In this document: piece by piece, positions 28,675-42,843 of the stretch
How the letters are laid out: each line of letters opens with the position of its first letter
Position numbering within the stretch: position 1 is the first letter of the stretch
Assembly (NCBI RefSeq): GCF_009914755.1
Contig: NC_060948.1
From: the human T2T-CHM13v2.0 reference genome, Homo sapiens
Reading direction: 5' to 3' (one strand)
DNA length: 64,000 nucleotides
Program-made: the position numbers and the translations under genes
Notes under the pieces: generated by a model
What the model saw: the letters and a program-made list of their open reading frames with translations, nothing else
What the model was told of the DNA's origin: nothing
Databases searched by the model: none

Positions 28675-31600
28675 GGCCTGGAATAAAGTGGAATGCTACG
28701 GTCTCGAATGGAATAAAAATGTATGGAATAGAATGCAATGAAACGGAATCGAATGTCATAGAATGTAATGGAATGCAAAAAAATGGACTCCAAAATCATT
28801 GACTGGAAAGGCTGGGTGTCGAAAGGAATTGCCTCCAATGGAATGGAATCGAATGGAATGGAAGTGAATAGAATGGAACTAAATCGAATGGAATGGAATT
28901 GATAGGAACGGAATGGAAAGGAATGCAATGATTTGGCATGGAATGGAATCGAATGGCATCGAATGGAATGGAATGGAATGCAATTGAATGGAATGTATTA
29001 GAATGTAATGAACTTTAATGTAATGTACTCGAATGGATTCGACTGGAATGGAATGTTCTCGAAGTGAATGGACTCCAATGGAATGGATTCGAAAGGAATG
29101 GAATCTAATGGAATGGAATTAAATGGAAATGAATCAAATTGAATAGAACGGAATTGAATGGAATGGAATCGAATGCAATGGAATCTAATGAAACGGAAAG
29201 GAAAGGAATGGAATGGAATGGAATGGGCTGGAATTGAATGGAATCGAAACGAATGGAATGGAGTCGAACTGAAGAGACTGAAATGGAATGCACTGGAATG
29301 GAAGGGAGTGTAATGGAAGGTTCTCGAAAAAAATGGAATCGAAAGGAATGGAATTGAATGGAACGGAATAGAGTCGAATGGAATTCAATGGAATGGAATG
29401 GACTAGAGTGAAATGGAATCGAACCACAAGGAATGGACAGGAACAGAATGGTCTCGAATTGAATGGAATCGTATGGAATGGCATCAAACGGAATGGAATG
29501 GACAGCCACGGAATGGAATGCACTTGAATGCAATGGAGTCGACACTAATGGACTGGAATAGAATGGACTCGACTGGTACGGACTCCAATGGAATGGAATC
29601 GAATGGAAGGGAATGGAACGGAATGGACTCGAAGGGAAAAGACTGCAATGGAAAGGTCTCGAATGGAATGGAAATTAATGGAATGGAATGGAATCGAATG
29701 AAATTGAGTCAAAAGGAATGGAATCGAATGGCAAGAAATCGAATGTAATGGAATCGCAAGGAATTGATGTGAACGGAACGGAATCGAATGGAATCCAAAG
29801 GAATGGAATAGAATGGAATGGAATCGAATGGAAAGGACTCGAATGGAAATCACTCGAATAGAATGCAATTTAATAAAATAGGATCAAATGTAATGGAATG
29901 GAATGGAAAGGAATCGAAACGAAAGGAATGGAGACAGATGGAATGGAATGGAACAGAGAGCAATGGTATAGAATGGAATGGAATCATCTGGAATGGAATT
30001 GAATGGAATGGAATAATATGAAATGGAATGGAATGGAATGGAATGCCCTTGAATTAAATGGACTGGAATGGAATGGACTCAAACAGAGTGGAATGGAAAG
30101 TGTTGAAATAGAATGGAATGGACTCGTTTGGAATGGTCTAGTATGCAATGCAATCGACTGGCAGGGAATCAAGAGGAATGTAATCGAATGGATTGGACTG
30201 GAATGCAATGGACTCGAATAGATTGGAAACGGAATGCAAAGGAATGGAATGGAATAGTATGGAATGGAATGGAAAGGAATGGAGTGGAATAGACTAGAGT
30301 GGAATGGAATGGACTCGAAAGCAATGGACTGGAATGGAACTTTCTTGAATGGACTGGAATCAAACGGAATGGAATGCAATGCAATCAAATGGCATGGAAT
30401 AAAATAGAATGAAAGAGAATCAAATGGAATTGAATCGAATGGAATCGAATGGATTGGAAAGGAATAGAATGGAATGGAATGGAATTGACTCAAATGCAAT
30501 GGACTAGAATGGAATGGATTCGAATGGAAGGCAAAGGAATGGAATCTATTGGAATGGACTGTAATGGAATGGAATGGAAGGGATTGGAATGGACTCGAAT
30601 GGAATGGACTGCAATAGAAAGGATTCGAATGGAATGAAAAAGAATTGAATGGAATAGAACAGAATGGAATCAAATCGAATGAAATGGAATGGAAGAGAAA
30701 GGAATGGAATGAAATGGAATGGAAAGGATTCGAATGGAATGCAATCGAATGGAATGCAATCGAATGGAATGGAATCGAACGGAATGGAATAAAATGGAAG
30801 AAAACTGGCAAGAAATGGAATCGAAATGAATGGAGTGTTATGGAACGGACTCAAAAGGAATTGAATGTAATAGAATGGAGTGGAGTGGACTCGAATATAA
30901 TGGACTGGAATGGAATGAAATCACATGGAATGGGAACGAATGGAATGGAATGGAAAGGAATGGAATGGAAAGGAATGGAATCGAATGGAAAGGAATCGAA
31001 TGGAAGGGAATGAAATTGAATCAACAGGAATGGAAGGAAGTAGAATAGACGGTAATGGAATGGACTCGAATAGAATGGACACGAATGCTCAAATTGAATG
31101 GACTCGAATGGAATGGAAACGAAAGGAATGTCGTCGAATGGAATTGAATCGATTGGAATGAAATCGCATAGAATGGAGTGGAATCAAATGGAATTGAATC
31201 GAAAGGAAAGGAAGCGAATGGTCTGAAATGAAATGGAATGGAATTGAATGGAAAGTAATGCAAGGGAATAGAATGGAACGAAATTTCACGGAATGGAATC
31301 AAACTGAATGGAATCAAATCAATGGAATATAATCAAATGGCATGGAAAGGAATTGAATGGAGTAGATTGGATTGGATGGGATTGGAATGAAATGTACTGG
31401 AAAGGACTCGAATTTCATGAAATGGAATGGAATGAACTGGAACGGAATGGACTCGAATGGAATGGAATGTCATGGAATGGCATCAAATGGAATGGCATCA
31501 AATGGAATGGAATCGAATGCAATGGAATGTTATGGAATGGAATGGAATGCATTGGAATGGAATGTCCCCTAATGGAATGGATTCGAGTGGAATGGAATCG

Positions 31601-32222
31601 AATATAATGGAGTCGAATGAAATGGAATTGAAAGGAAAGGGATCGAATACAATGGAATATACTGGAATGTAATGTAATGAACTCGAATGTAATTGACTAG
31701 AATGGAATGTACATGAATGGAATGTAATCGAATGGAAAATAATCTCATGGAATAGAATCTAATGCAATAAAATCGACTCAAATAGAATAGAATGGAATGG
31801 AATGGAGTGCAGTGCAATGGAATGGAATGGAATGGAATGCAATGGAATGGAATGGAATGGGATGGAATGGTATGGGATGGATAGAAATGGACTGGAGTGA
31901 AATGGACTGGAAAGTAATGGACTCAAATTGAAAGAGCTCGAAAGAATGGAGTCAAATGGAATGGTCTGGAATGGAATGAACACGAATGTAATGCAATCCA
32001 ATAGAAAGGAATCGAATGGCATGGAATATAAAGAAATGGAATCGAAGAGAATGGAAACGAATGGAATGGAATTGAATGGAATGGAATTGAATGGAATGGG
32101 AACGAATGGAGTGAAATTGTATGCAGTAGAAGAGAATAGAATGGAATGCAAGCGAAATTAAAGGAATGGATTGGAATGGAATGGAATTCATTGGAATGGA
32201 AGGGAATGTATTGCAATGGACA
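28675..32222 (+). repeat. DYZ1 monomer U9 (3548 bp), copy of U7
   Basis: ORF translations identical to U7 at offset 7072. Confidence 0.93.
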
Positions 32223-35200
32223 GGCCTTTAATAAAGTGGAATGCTACGGTCTCGAATGGAATAAAAATGTATGGAATGGAATTCAATGAAACGGAATCGA
32301 ATGTCATAGAATGTAATGGAATGCAAAAAAATGGAATCCAAAATCATTGACTGGAAAGGCTGGGTGTCGAAAGGAATTGACTCCAATGGAATGAAATCGA
32401 ATGGAATGGAAGTGAATAGAATCGAAGTAAATCGAATGGAATGGAATTGTTAGGAACGGAATGGAAAGGAGTGCAATGATTTGGCATGGAATGGAATCGA
32501 ATGGCATTGAATGAAGTGGAATGGAATGCAATGGAATGGAATGTATTAGAATGTAATGAACATTAATGGAATGTACTCGAATGGATTCGACTGGAATGGA
32601 ATGTTCTGGAAGTGAATGGACTCCAATGGAATGGATTCGAAAGGAATGGAAACTAATGGAATGGAATTAAATGGAAACGAATCAAATTGAATAGCACGGA
32701 ATTGAATTGAATGGAATCGAATGCAATGGAATCTAATGAAATGGAAAGGAAAGGAATGGAATGGAATGGAATGGGCTGGAGTTGAATGGAATCGATACGA
32801 ATGGAATGGAATAGAACTGAAGAGACTGGAATGGAATTCACTGGAATGGAAGGGAGTGTAATGGAAGGATCTCGAAAAAAATGGAATCGAATGGAATGGA
32901 ATTGAATGGAACGGAATAGAGTTGAATGGAATTCAATGGAATTGAATGGACTAGAGTGAAATGGAATCGAACCACAAGGAATGGAGAGGAATAGAATGGT
33001 CTCGAATTGAATGGAATCGTATGGAATGACATCAAACGGAATGGAATGGACAGCCACGGAATGGAATGCACTCGAATGCAATGGAGTCGAAACTAATGGA
33101 CTGGAATAGAATGGACTCGACTGGTACGGACTCCAATGGAATGGAATCGAAAGGAAGGGAATCGAACGGAATGGACTCGAAGGGAAAAGACTGCAATGGA
33201 AAGGTCTCGAATGGAATGGAAATTAATGGAATGGAATGGAATCGAATGAAATGGAGTCAAAAGGAATGGAATCGAATGGCAAGAAATCGAATGTAATGGA
33301 ATCGCAAGGAATTGATGTGAACGGAACGGAATGGAATGGAATCCAAAGGAATGGAATAGAATGGAATGGAATCGAATGGAAAGGACTCGAATGGAAATCA
33401 CTCGAATAGAATGCAATTTAATAAAATAGGATCAAATGTAATGGAATGGAATGGAAAGGAATCGAAACGAAAGGAATGGAGACAGATGGAATGGAATGGA
33501 ACAGAGAGCAATGGTATAGAATGGAATGGAATCATCTGGAATGGAATTGAATGGAATGGAATAACATGAAATGGAATGGAATGGAATGGAATGCCCTTGA
33601 ATTAAATGGACTGGAATGGAATGGACTCGAACAGAGTGTAATGGAAAGTGTTGAAATAGAATGGAATGGACTCCTTTGGAATGGTCTAGTATGCAATGCA
33701 ATCGACTGGCAGGGAATCAAAAGGAATGTAATCGAATGGATTGGACTGGAATGCAATGGACTCGAATAGATTGGAAACGGAATGCAAAGGAATGGAATGG
33801 AATAGTATGGAATGGAATGGAAAGGAATGGAGTGGAATAGACTAGAGTGGAATGGAATGGACTGGAAAGCAATGGACTGGAATGGAACTTTCTTGAATGG
33901 ACTGGAATCAAACGGAATGGAATGCAATGCAATCAAATGGCATGGAATAAAATGGAATGAAAGGGAATCAAATGGAATTGAATCGAATGGAATCGAATGG
34001 ATTGGAAAGGAATAGAATGGAATGGAATGGAATTGACTCAAATGGAATGGACTAGAATGGAATGGATTCGAATGGAAGGCAAAGGAATGGAATCTATTGG
34101 AATGGACTGTAATGGAATGGAATGGAAGGGATTGGAATGGACTCGAATGGAATGGACTGCAATAGAAAGGATTCGAATGGAATGAAAAAGAATTGAATGG
34201 AATAGAACAGAATGGAATCAAATAGAATGAAATGGAATGGAATAGAAAGGAATGGAATGAAATGGAATGGAAAGGATTCGAATGGAATGCAATCGAATGG
34301 AATGGAATCGAACGGAATGGAATAAAATGGAAGAAAACTGGCAAGAAATGGAATCGAAATGAATGGAGTGTTATGGAACGGACTCAAAAGGAATTGAATG
34401 TAATAGAATGGAGTGGAGTGGACTCGAATATAATGGACTGGAATGGAATGAAATCACATGGAATGGGAACGAATGGAATGGAATGGAAAGGAATGGAATC
34501 GAATGGAAAGGAATCGAATGGAAGGGAATGAAATTGAATCAACAGGAATGGAAGGGAATAGAATAGACGGTAATGGAATGGACTCGAATAGAATGGACAC
34601 GAATGCTCAAATTGAATGGACTCGAATGGAATGGAAACGAAAGGAATGTCATCGAATGGAATTGAATCGATTGGAATGAAATCGCATAGAATGGAGTGGA
34701 ATCAAATGGAATTGAATCGAAAGGAAAGGAAGCGAATGGACTGAAATGAAATGGAATGGAATTGAATGGAAAGTAATGCAATGGAATAGAATGGAACGAA
34801 ATTTCACGGAATGGAATCAAATCAATGGAATCAAATCAAATGGAATGGAAAGGAATAGAATGGAGTAGATTGGATTGGATGGGATTGGAATGAAATGTAC
34901 TGGAAAGGACTCGAATTTCATGAAACGGAATGGAATGAATTGGAACGGAATGGACTCGAATGGAATGGAATGTCATGGAATGGCATCAAATGGAATGGCA
35001 TCAAATGGAATGGAATCGAATGCAATGGAATGCTATGGAATGGAATGGAATGCATTGGAATGGAATGTCCTCTAATGGAATGGATTCGAGTGGAATGGAA
35101 TCGAATATAATGGAGTCGAATGAAATGGAATTCAAAGGAATGGGATCGAATACAATGGAATATACTGGAATGTAATGTAATGAACTCGAATGTAATTGAC

Positions 35201-35746
35201 TGGAATGGAATGTACATGAATGGAATGTAATCGAATGGAAAGTAATCCAATGGAATAGAATCTAATGCAATAAAATCGACTCAGATAGAGTAGAATGTAA
35301 TGGAATGGAGTGCAGTGCAATGGAATGGAATGGAATGGAATGCAATGGAATGGAATGGAATGGAATGGAATGGGATGGAATGGGATGGAATGGTATGGAA
35401 TGGATAGTAATGGACTGGAGTGAAATGGACTGGAAAGGAATGGACTCAAATTGAAAGGGCTCGAAAGGAATGGAGTCAAATGGAATGGTCTGGAATGGAA
35501 TGAACACGAATGTAATGCAATCCAATAGAATGGAATCGAATGGCATGGAATATAAAGAAATGGAATCGAAGAGAATGGAAACAAATGGAATGGAATTGAA
35601 TGGAATGGAATTGAATGGAATGGGAACGAATGGAGTGAAATTGTATGCAGTAGAAGGGAATAGAATGGAATGCAAGCGAAAGGAAAGGAATGGATTGGAA
35701 TGGAATGGAATTCATTGGAATGGAAGGGAATGTAGTGTAATGGACA
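32223..35746 (+). repeat. DYZ1 monomer U10 (3524 bp), copy of U8
   Basis: ORF translations identical to U8 at offset 7072 until ~35650. Confidence 0.93.
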
Positions 35747-38700
35747 GGCCTGGAATAAAGTGGAATGCTACGGTCTCGAATGGAATAAAAATGTATGGAA
35801 TGGAATGCAATGAAACGGAATCGAATGTCATAGAATGTAATGGAATGCAAAAAAATGGAATCCAAAATCATTGACTGGAAAGGCTGGGTGTCGAAAGGAA
35901 TTGACTCCAATGGAATGGAATCAAATGGAATGGAAGTGAATAGAATCGAACTAAATCGAATGGAATGGAATTGATAGGAACGGAATGGAAAGGAATGCAA
36001 TGATTTGGCATGGAATGGAATCGAATGGCATCGAATGGAATGGAATGGAATGCAATGGAATGGAATGTATTAGAATGTAATGAACTTTAATGGAATGTAC
36101 TCGAATGGATTCGACTGGAATGGAATGTTCTGGAAGTGAATGGACTCCAATGGAATGGATTCAAAAGGAATGGAATCGTACGGAATGGAATCTAATGGAA
36201 TGGAATTAAATGGAAAAGAATCAAATTGAATAGCACGGAATTGAATTGAATGGAATCGAATGCAATGGAATCTAATGAAACGGAAAGGAAAGGAATGGAA
36301 TGGAATGGAATGGGCTGGAATGGAAAGGAATCGAAACGAATGGAATGGAATCGAACTGAAGAGACTGGAATGGAATGCACTGGAATGGAAGGGAGTGTAA
36401 TGGAAGGTTCTCGAAAAAAATGGAATCGAATGGAATGGAATTGAATGGAACGGAATAGAGTCGAATGGAATTGAATGGAATGGAATGGACTAGAGTGAAA
36501 TGGAATCGAACCACAAGGAATGGACAGGAATAGAATGGTCTCGAATTGAATGGAATCGTATGGAATGGCATCAAACGGAAAGGAATGGACAGCCACGGAA
36601 TGGAATGCACTCGAATGCAATGGAGTCGAAACTAATGGACTGGAATAGAATGGACTCGACTGGTACGGACTCCAATGGAATGGAATCGAAAGGAAGGGAA
36701 TCGAACGGAATGGACTCGAAGGGAAAAGACTGCAATGGAAAGGTCTCGAATGGAATGGAAATTAATGGAATGGAATGGAATCGAATGAAATGGAGTCAAA
36801 AGGAATGGAATCGAATGGCAAGAAATCGAATGTAATGGATTCGCAAGGAATTGATGTGAACGGAACGGAATGGAATGGAATCCAAAGGAATGGAATAGAA
36901 TGGAATGGAATCGAATGGAAAGGACTCGAATGGAAATCACTGGAATAGAATGCAATTTAATAAAATAGGATGAAATGTAATGGAATGGAATGGAAAGGAA
37001 TCGAAACGAAAGGAATGGAGACAGATGGAATGGAATGGTACAGAGAGCAATGGTATAGAATGGAATGGAATCATCTGGAATGGAATTGAATGGAATGGAA
37101 TAATATGAAATGGAATGGAATGGAATGGAATGGAATGTAATGGAATTTAATGGAATGCCCTTGAATTAAATGGACTGGAATGGAATGGACTCCAACAGAG
37201 TGAAATGGAAAGTGTTGAGATAGAATGGAATGGACTCCTTTGGAATGGTGTAGTATGCAATGCAATCGACTGGCAGGGAAGCAAAAGGAATGTAATCAAA
37301 TGGATTGGACTGGAATGCAATGGACTCGAATAGATTGGAAACGGAATGCAAAGGAATGGAATGGAATAGTATGGAATGGAATGGAAAGGAATGGAGTGGA
37401 ATAGACTAGAGTGGAATGGAATGGACTGGAAAGCAATGGACTGGAATGGAACTTTCTTGAATGGACTGGAATCAAACGGAATGGAATGCAATGCAATCAA
37501 ATGGCATGGAATAAAATAGAATGAAAGAGAATCAAATGGAATTGAATCGAATAGAATCGAATGGATTGGAAAGGATTAGAATGGAATGGAATGGAATTGA
37601 CTCAAATGGAATGGACTAGAATGGAATGGATTCGAATGGAAGGCAAAGGAATGGAATCTATTGGAATGGACTGTAATGGAATGGAATGGAAGGGATTGGA
37701 ATGGACTCGAATGGAATGGACTGCAATAGAAAGGATTCGAATGGAATGAAAAAGAATTGAATGGAATAGAACAGATTGGAATCAAATCGAATGAAATGGA
37801 ATGGAATAGAAAGGAATGGAATGAAATGGAATGGAAAGGATTCGAATGGAATGCAATCGAATGGAATGGAATCGAACGGAATGGAATAAAATGGAAGAAA
37901 ACTGGCAAGAAATGGAATCGAAATGAATGGAGTGTTATGGAACGGACTCAAAAGGAATTGAATGTAATAGAATGGAGTGGAGTGGACTCGAATATAATGG
38001 ACTGGAATGGAATGAAATCACATGGAATGGGAACGAATGGAATGGAATGGAAAGGAATGGAATGGAAAGGAATGGAATCGAATGGAAAGGAATCGAATGG
38101 AAGGGAATGAAATTGAATCAACAGGAATGGAAGGAAGTAGAATAGACGGTAATGGAATGGACTCGAATAGAATGGACACGAATGCTCAAATTGAATGGAC
38201 TCGAATGGAATGGAAACGAAAGGAATGTCGTCGAATGGAATTGAATCGATTGGAATGAAATCGCATAGAATGGAGTGGAATCAAATGGAATTGAATCGAA
38301 AGGAAAGGAAGCGAATGGTCTGAAATGAAATGGAATGGAATTGAATGGAAAGTAATGCAAGGGAATAGAATGGAACGAAATTTCACGGAATGGAATCAAA
38401 CTGAATGGAATCAAATCAATGGAATATAATCAAATGGCATGGAAAGGAATTGAATGGAGTAGATTGGATTGGATGGGATTGGAATGAAATGTACTGGAAA
38501 GGACTCGAATTTCATGAAATGGAATGGAATGAACTGGAACGGAATGGACTCGAATGGAATGGAATGTCATGGAATGGCATCAAATGGAATGGCATCAAAT
38601 GGAATGGAATCGAATGCAATGGAATGTTATGGAATGGAATGGAATGCATTGGAATGGAATGTCCCCTAATGGAATGGATTCGAGTGGAATGGAATCGAAT

Positions 38701-39319
38701 ATAATGGAGTCGAATGAAATGGAATTGAAAGGAAAGGGATCGAATACAATGGAATATACTGGAATGTAATGTAATGAACTCGAATGTAATTGACTAGAAT
38801 GGAATGTACATGAATGGAATGTAATCGAATGGAAAATAATCTCATGGAATAGAATCTAATGCAATAAAATCGACTCAAATAGAATAGAATGGAATGGAAT
38901 GGAGTGCAGTGCAATGGAATGGAATGGAATGGAATGCAATGGAATGGAATGGAATGGGATGGAATGGTATGGGATGGATAGAAATGGACTGGAGTGAAAT
39001 GGACTGGAAAGTAATGGACTCAAATTGAAAGAGCTCGAAAGAATGGAGTCAAATGGAATGGTCTGGAATGGAATGAACACGAATGTAATGCAATCCAATA
39101 GAATGGAATCGAATGGCATGGAATATAAAGAAATGGAATCGAAGAGAATGGAAACGAATGGAATGGAATTGAATGGAATGGAATTGAATGGAATGGGAAC
39201 GAATGGAGTGAAATTGTATGCAGTAGAAGAGAATAGAATGGAATGCAAGCGAAATTAAAGGAATGGATTGGAATGGAATGGAATTCATTGGAATGGAAGG
39301 GAATGTATTGCAATGGACA
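35747..39319 (+). repeat. DYZ1 monomer U11 (3573 bp, chimeric)
   Basis: 5' part is like U13, the middle is private, and the 3' part is like U7/U9. Confidence 0.92.
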
Positions 39320-42300
39320 GGCCTTTAATAAAGTGGAATGCTACGGTCTCGAATGGAATAAAAATGTATGGAATGGAATTCAATGAAACGGAATCGAATG
39401 TCATAGAATGTAATGGAATGCAAAAAAATGGAATCCAAAATCATTGACTGGAAAGGCTGGGTGTCGAAAGGAATTGACTCCAATGGAATGAAATCGAATG
39501 GAATGGAAGTGAATAGAATCGAAGTAAATCGAATGGAATGGAATTGTTAGGAACGGAATGGAAAGGAGTGCAATGATTTGGCATGGAATGGAATCGAATG
39601 GCATTGAATGAAGTGGAATGGAATGCAATGGAATGGAATGTATTAGAATGTAATGAACATTAATGGAATGTACTCGAATGGATTCGACTGGAATGGAATG
39701 TTCTGGAAGTGAATGGACTCCAATGGAATGGATTCGAAAGGAATGGAAACTAATGGAATGGAATTAAATGGAAACGAATCAAATTGAATAGCACGGAATT
39801 GAATTGAATGGAATCGAATGCAATGGAATCTAATGAAATGGAAAGGAAAGGAATGGAATGGAATGGAATGGGCTGGAGTTGAATGGAATCGATACGAATG
39901 GAATGGAATAGAACTGAAGAGACTGGAATGGAATTCACTGGAATGGAAGGGAGTGTAATGGAAGGATCTCGAAAAAAATGGAATCGAATGGAATGGAATT
40001 GAATGGAACGGAATAGAGTCGAATGGAATTCAATGGAATTGAATGGACTAGAGTGAAATGGAATCGAACCACAAGGAATGGAGAGGAATAGAATGGTCTC
40101 GAATTGAATGGAATCGTATGGAATGACATCAAACGGAATGGAATGGACAGCCACGGAATGGAATGCACTCGAATGCAATGGAGTCGAAACTAATGGACTG
40201 GAATAGAATGGACTCGACTGGTACGGACTCCAATGGAATGGAATCGAAAGGAAGGGAATCGAACGGAATGGACTCGAAGGGAAAAGACTGCAATGGAAAG
40301 GTCTCGAATGGAATGGAAATTAACGGAATGGAATGGAATCGAATGAAATGGAGTCAAAAGGAATGGAATCGAATGGCAAGAAATCGAATGTAATGGAATC
40401 GCAAGGAATTGATGTGAACGGAACGGAATGGAATGGAATCCAAAGGAATGGAATAGAATGGAATGGAATCGAATGGAAAGGACTCGAATGGAAATCACTC
40501 GAATAGAATGCAATTTAATAAAATAGGATCAAATGTAATGGAATGGAATGGAAAGGAATCGAAACGAAAGGAATGGAGACAGATGGAATGGAATGGAACA
40601 GAGAGCAATGGTATAGAATGGAATGGAATCATCTGGAATGGAATTGAATGGAATGGAATAACATGAAATGGAATGGAATGGAATGGAATGCCCTTGAATT
40701 AAATGGACTGGAATGGAATGGACTCGAACAGAGTGTAATGGAAAGTGTTGAAATAGAATGGAATGGACTCCTTTGGAATGGTCTAGTATGCAATGCAATC
40801 GACTGGCAGGGAATCAAAAGGAATGTAATCGAATGGATTGGACTGGAATGCAATGGACTCGAATAGATTGGAAACGGAATGCAAAGGAATGGAATGGAAT
40901 AGTATGGAATGGAATGGAAAGGAATGGAGTGGAATAGACTAGAGTGGAATGGAATGGACTGGAAAGCAATGGACTGGAATGGAACTTTCTTGAATGGACT
41001 GGAATCAAACGGAATGGAATGCAATGCAATCAAATGGCATGGAATAAAATGGAATGAAAGGGAATCAAATGGAATTGAATCGAATGGAATCGAATGGATT
41101 GGAAAGGAATAGAATGGAATGGAATGGAATTGACTCAAATGGAATGGACTAGAATGGAATGGATTCGAATGGAAGGCAAAGGAATGGAATCTATTGGAAT
41201 GGACTGTAATGGAATGGAATGGAAGGGATTGGAATGGACTCGAATGGAATGGACTGCAATAGAAAGGATTCGAATGGAATGAAAAAGAATTGAATGGAAT
41301 AGAACAGAATGGAATCAAATAGAATGAAATGGAATGGAATAGAAAGGAATGGAATGAAATGGAATGGAAAGGATTCGAATGGAATGCAATCGAATGGAAT
41401 GGAATCGAACGGAATGGAATAAAATGGAAGAAAACTGGCAAGAAATGGAATCGAAATGAATGGAGTGTTATGGAACGGACTCAAAAGGAATTGAATGTAA
41501 TAGAATGGAGTGGAGTGGACTCGAATATAATGGACTGGAATGGAATGAAATCACATGGAATGGGAACGAATGGAATGGAATGGAAAGGAATGGAATCGAA
41601 TGGAAAGGAATCGAATGGAAGGGAATGAAATTGAATCAACAGGAATGGAAGGGAATAGAATAGACGGTAATGGAATGGACTCGAATAGAATGGACACGAA
41701 TGCTCAAATTGAATGGACTCGAATGGAATGGAAACGAAAGGAATGTCATCGAATGGAATTGAATCGATTGGAATGAAATCGCATAGAATGGAGTGGAATC
41801 AAATGGAATTGAATCGAAAGGAAAGGAAGCGAATGGACTGAAATGAAATGGAATGGAATTGAATGGAAAGTAATGCAATGGAATAGAATGGAACGAAATT
41901 TCACGGAATGGAATCAAATCAATGGAATCAAATCAAATGGAATGGAAAGGAATAGAATGGAGTAGATTGGATTGGATGGGATTGGAATGAAATGTACTGG
42001 AAAGGACTCGAATTTCATGAAACGGAATGGAATGAATTGGAACGGAATGGACTCGAATGGAATGGAATGTCATGGAATGGCATCAAATGGAATGGCATCA
42101 AATGGAATGGAATCGAATGCAATGGAATGCTATGGAATGGAATGGAATGCATTGGAATGGAATGTCCTCTAATGGAATGGATTCGAGTGGAATGGAATCG
42201 AATATAATGGAGTCGAATGAAATGGAATTGAAAGGAATGGGATCGAATACAATGGAATATACTGGAATGTAATGTAATGAACTCGAATGTAATTGACTGG

Positions 42301-42843
42301 AATGGAATGTACATGAATGGAATGTAATCGAATGGAAAGTAATCCAATGGAATAGAATCTAATGCAATAAAATCGACTCAGATAGAGTAGAATGTAATGG
42401 AATGGAGTGCAGTGCAATGGAATGGAATGGAATGGAATGCAATGGAATGGAATGGAATGGAATGGAATGGGATGGAATGGGATGGAATGGTATGGAATGG
42501 ATAGTAATGGACTGGAGTGAAATGGACTGGAAAGGAATGGACTCAAATTGAAAGGGCTCGAAAGGAATGGAGTCAAATGGAATGGTCTGGAATGGAATGA
42601 ACACGAATGTAATGCAATCCAATAGAATGGAATCGAATGGCATGGAATATAAAGAAATGGAATCGAAGAGAATGGAAACAAATGGAATGGAATTGAATGG
42701 AATGGAATTGAATGGAATGGGAACGAATGGAGTGAAATTGTATGCAGTAGAAGGGAATAGAATGGAATGCAAGCGAAAGGAAAGGAATGGATTGGAATGG
42801 AATGGAATTCATTGGAATGGAAGGGAATGTAGTGTAATGGACA
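39320..42843 (+). repeat. DYZ1 monomer U12 (3524 bp), third U8-type copy
   Basis: GGCCTTTAAT type; offset 7097 from U10. Confidence 0.93.
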
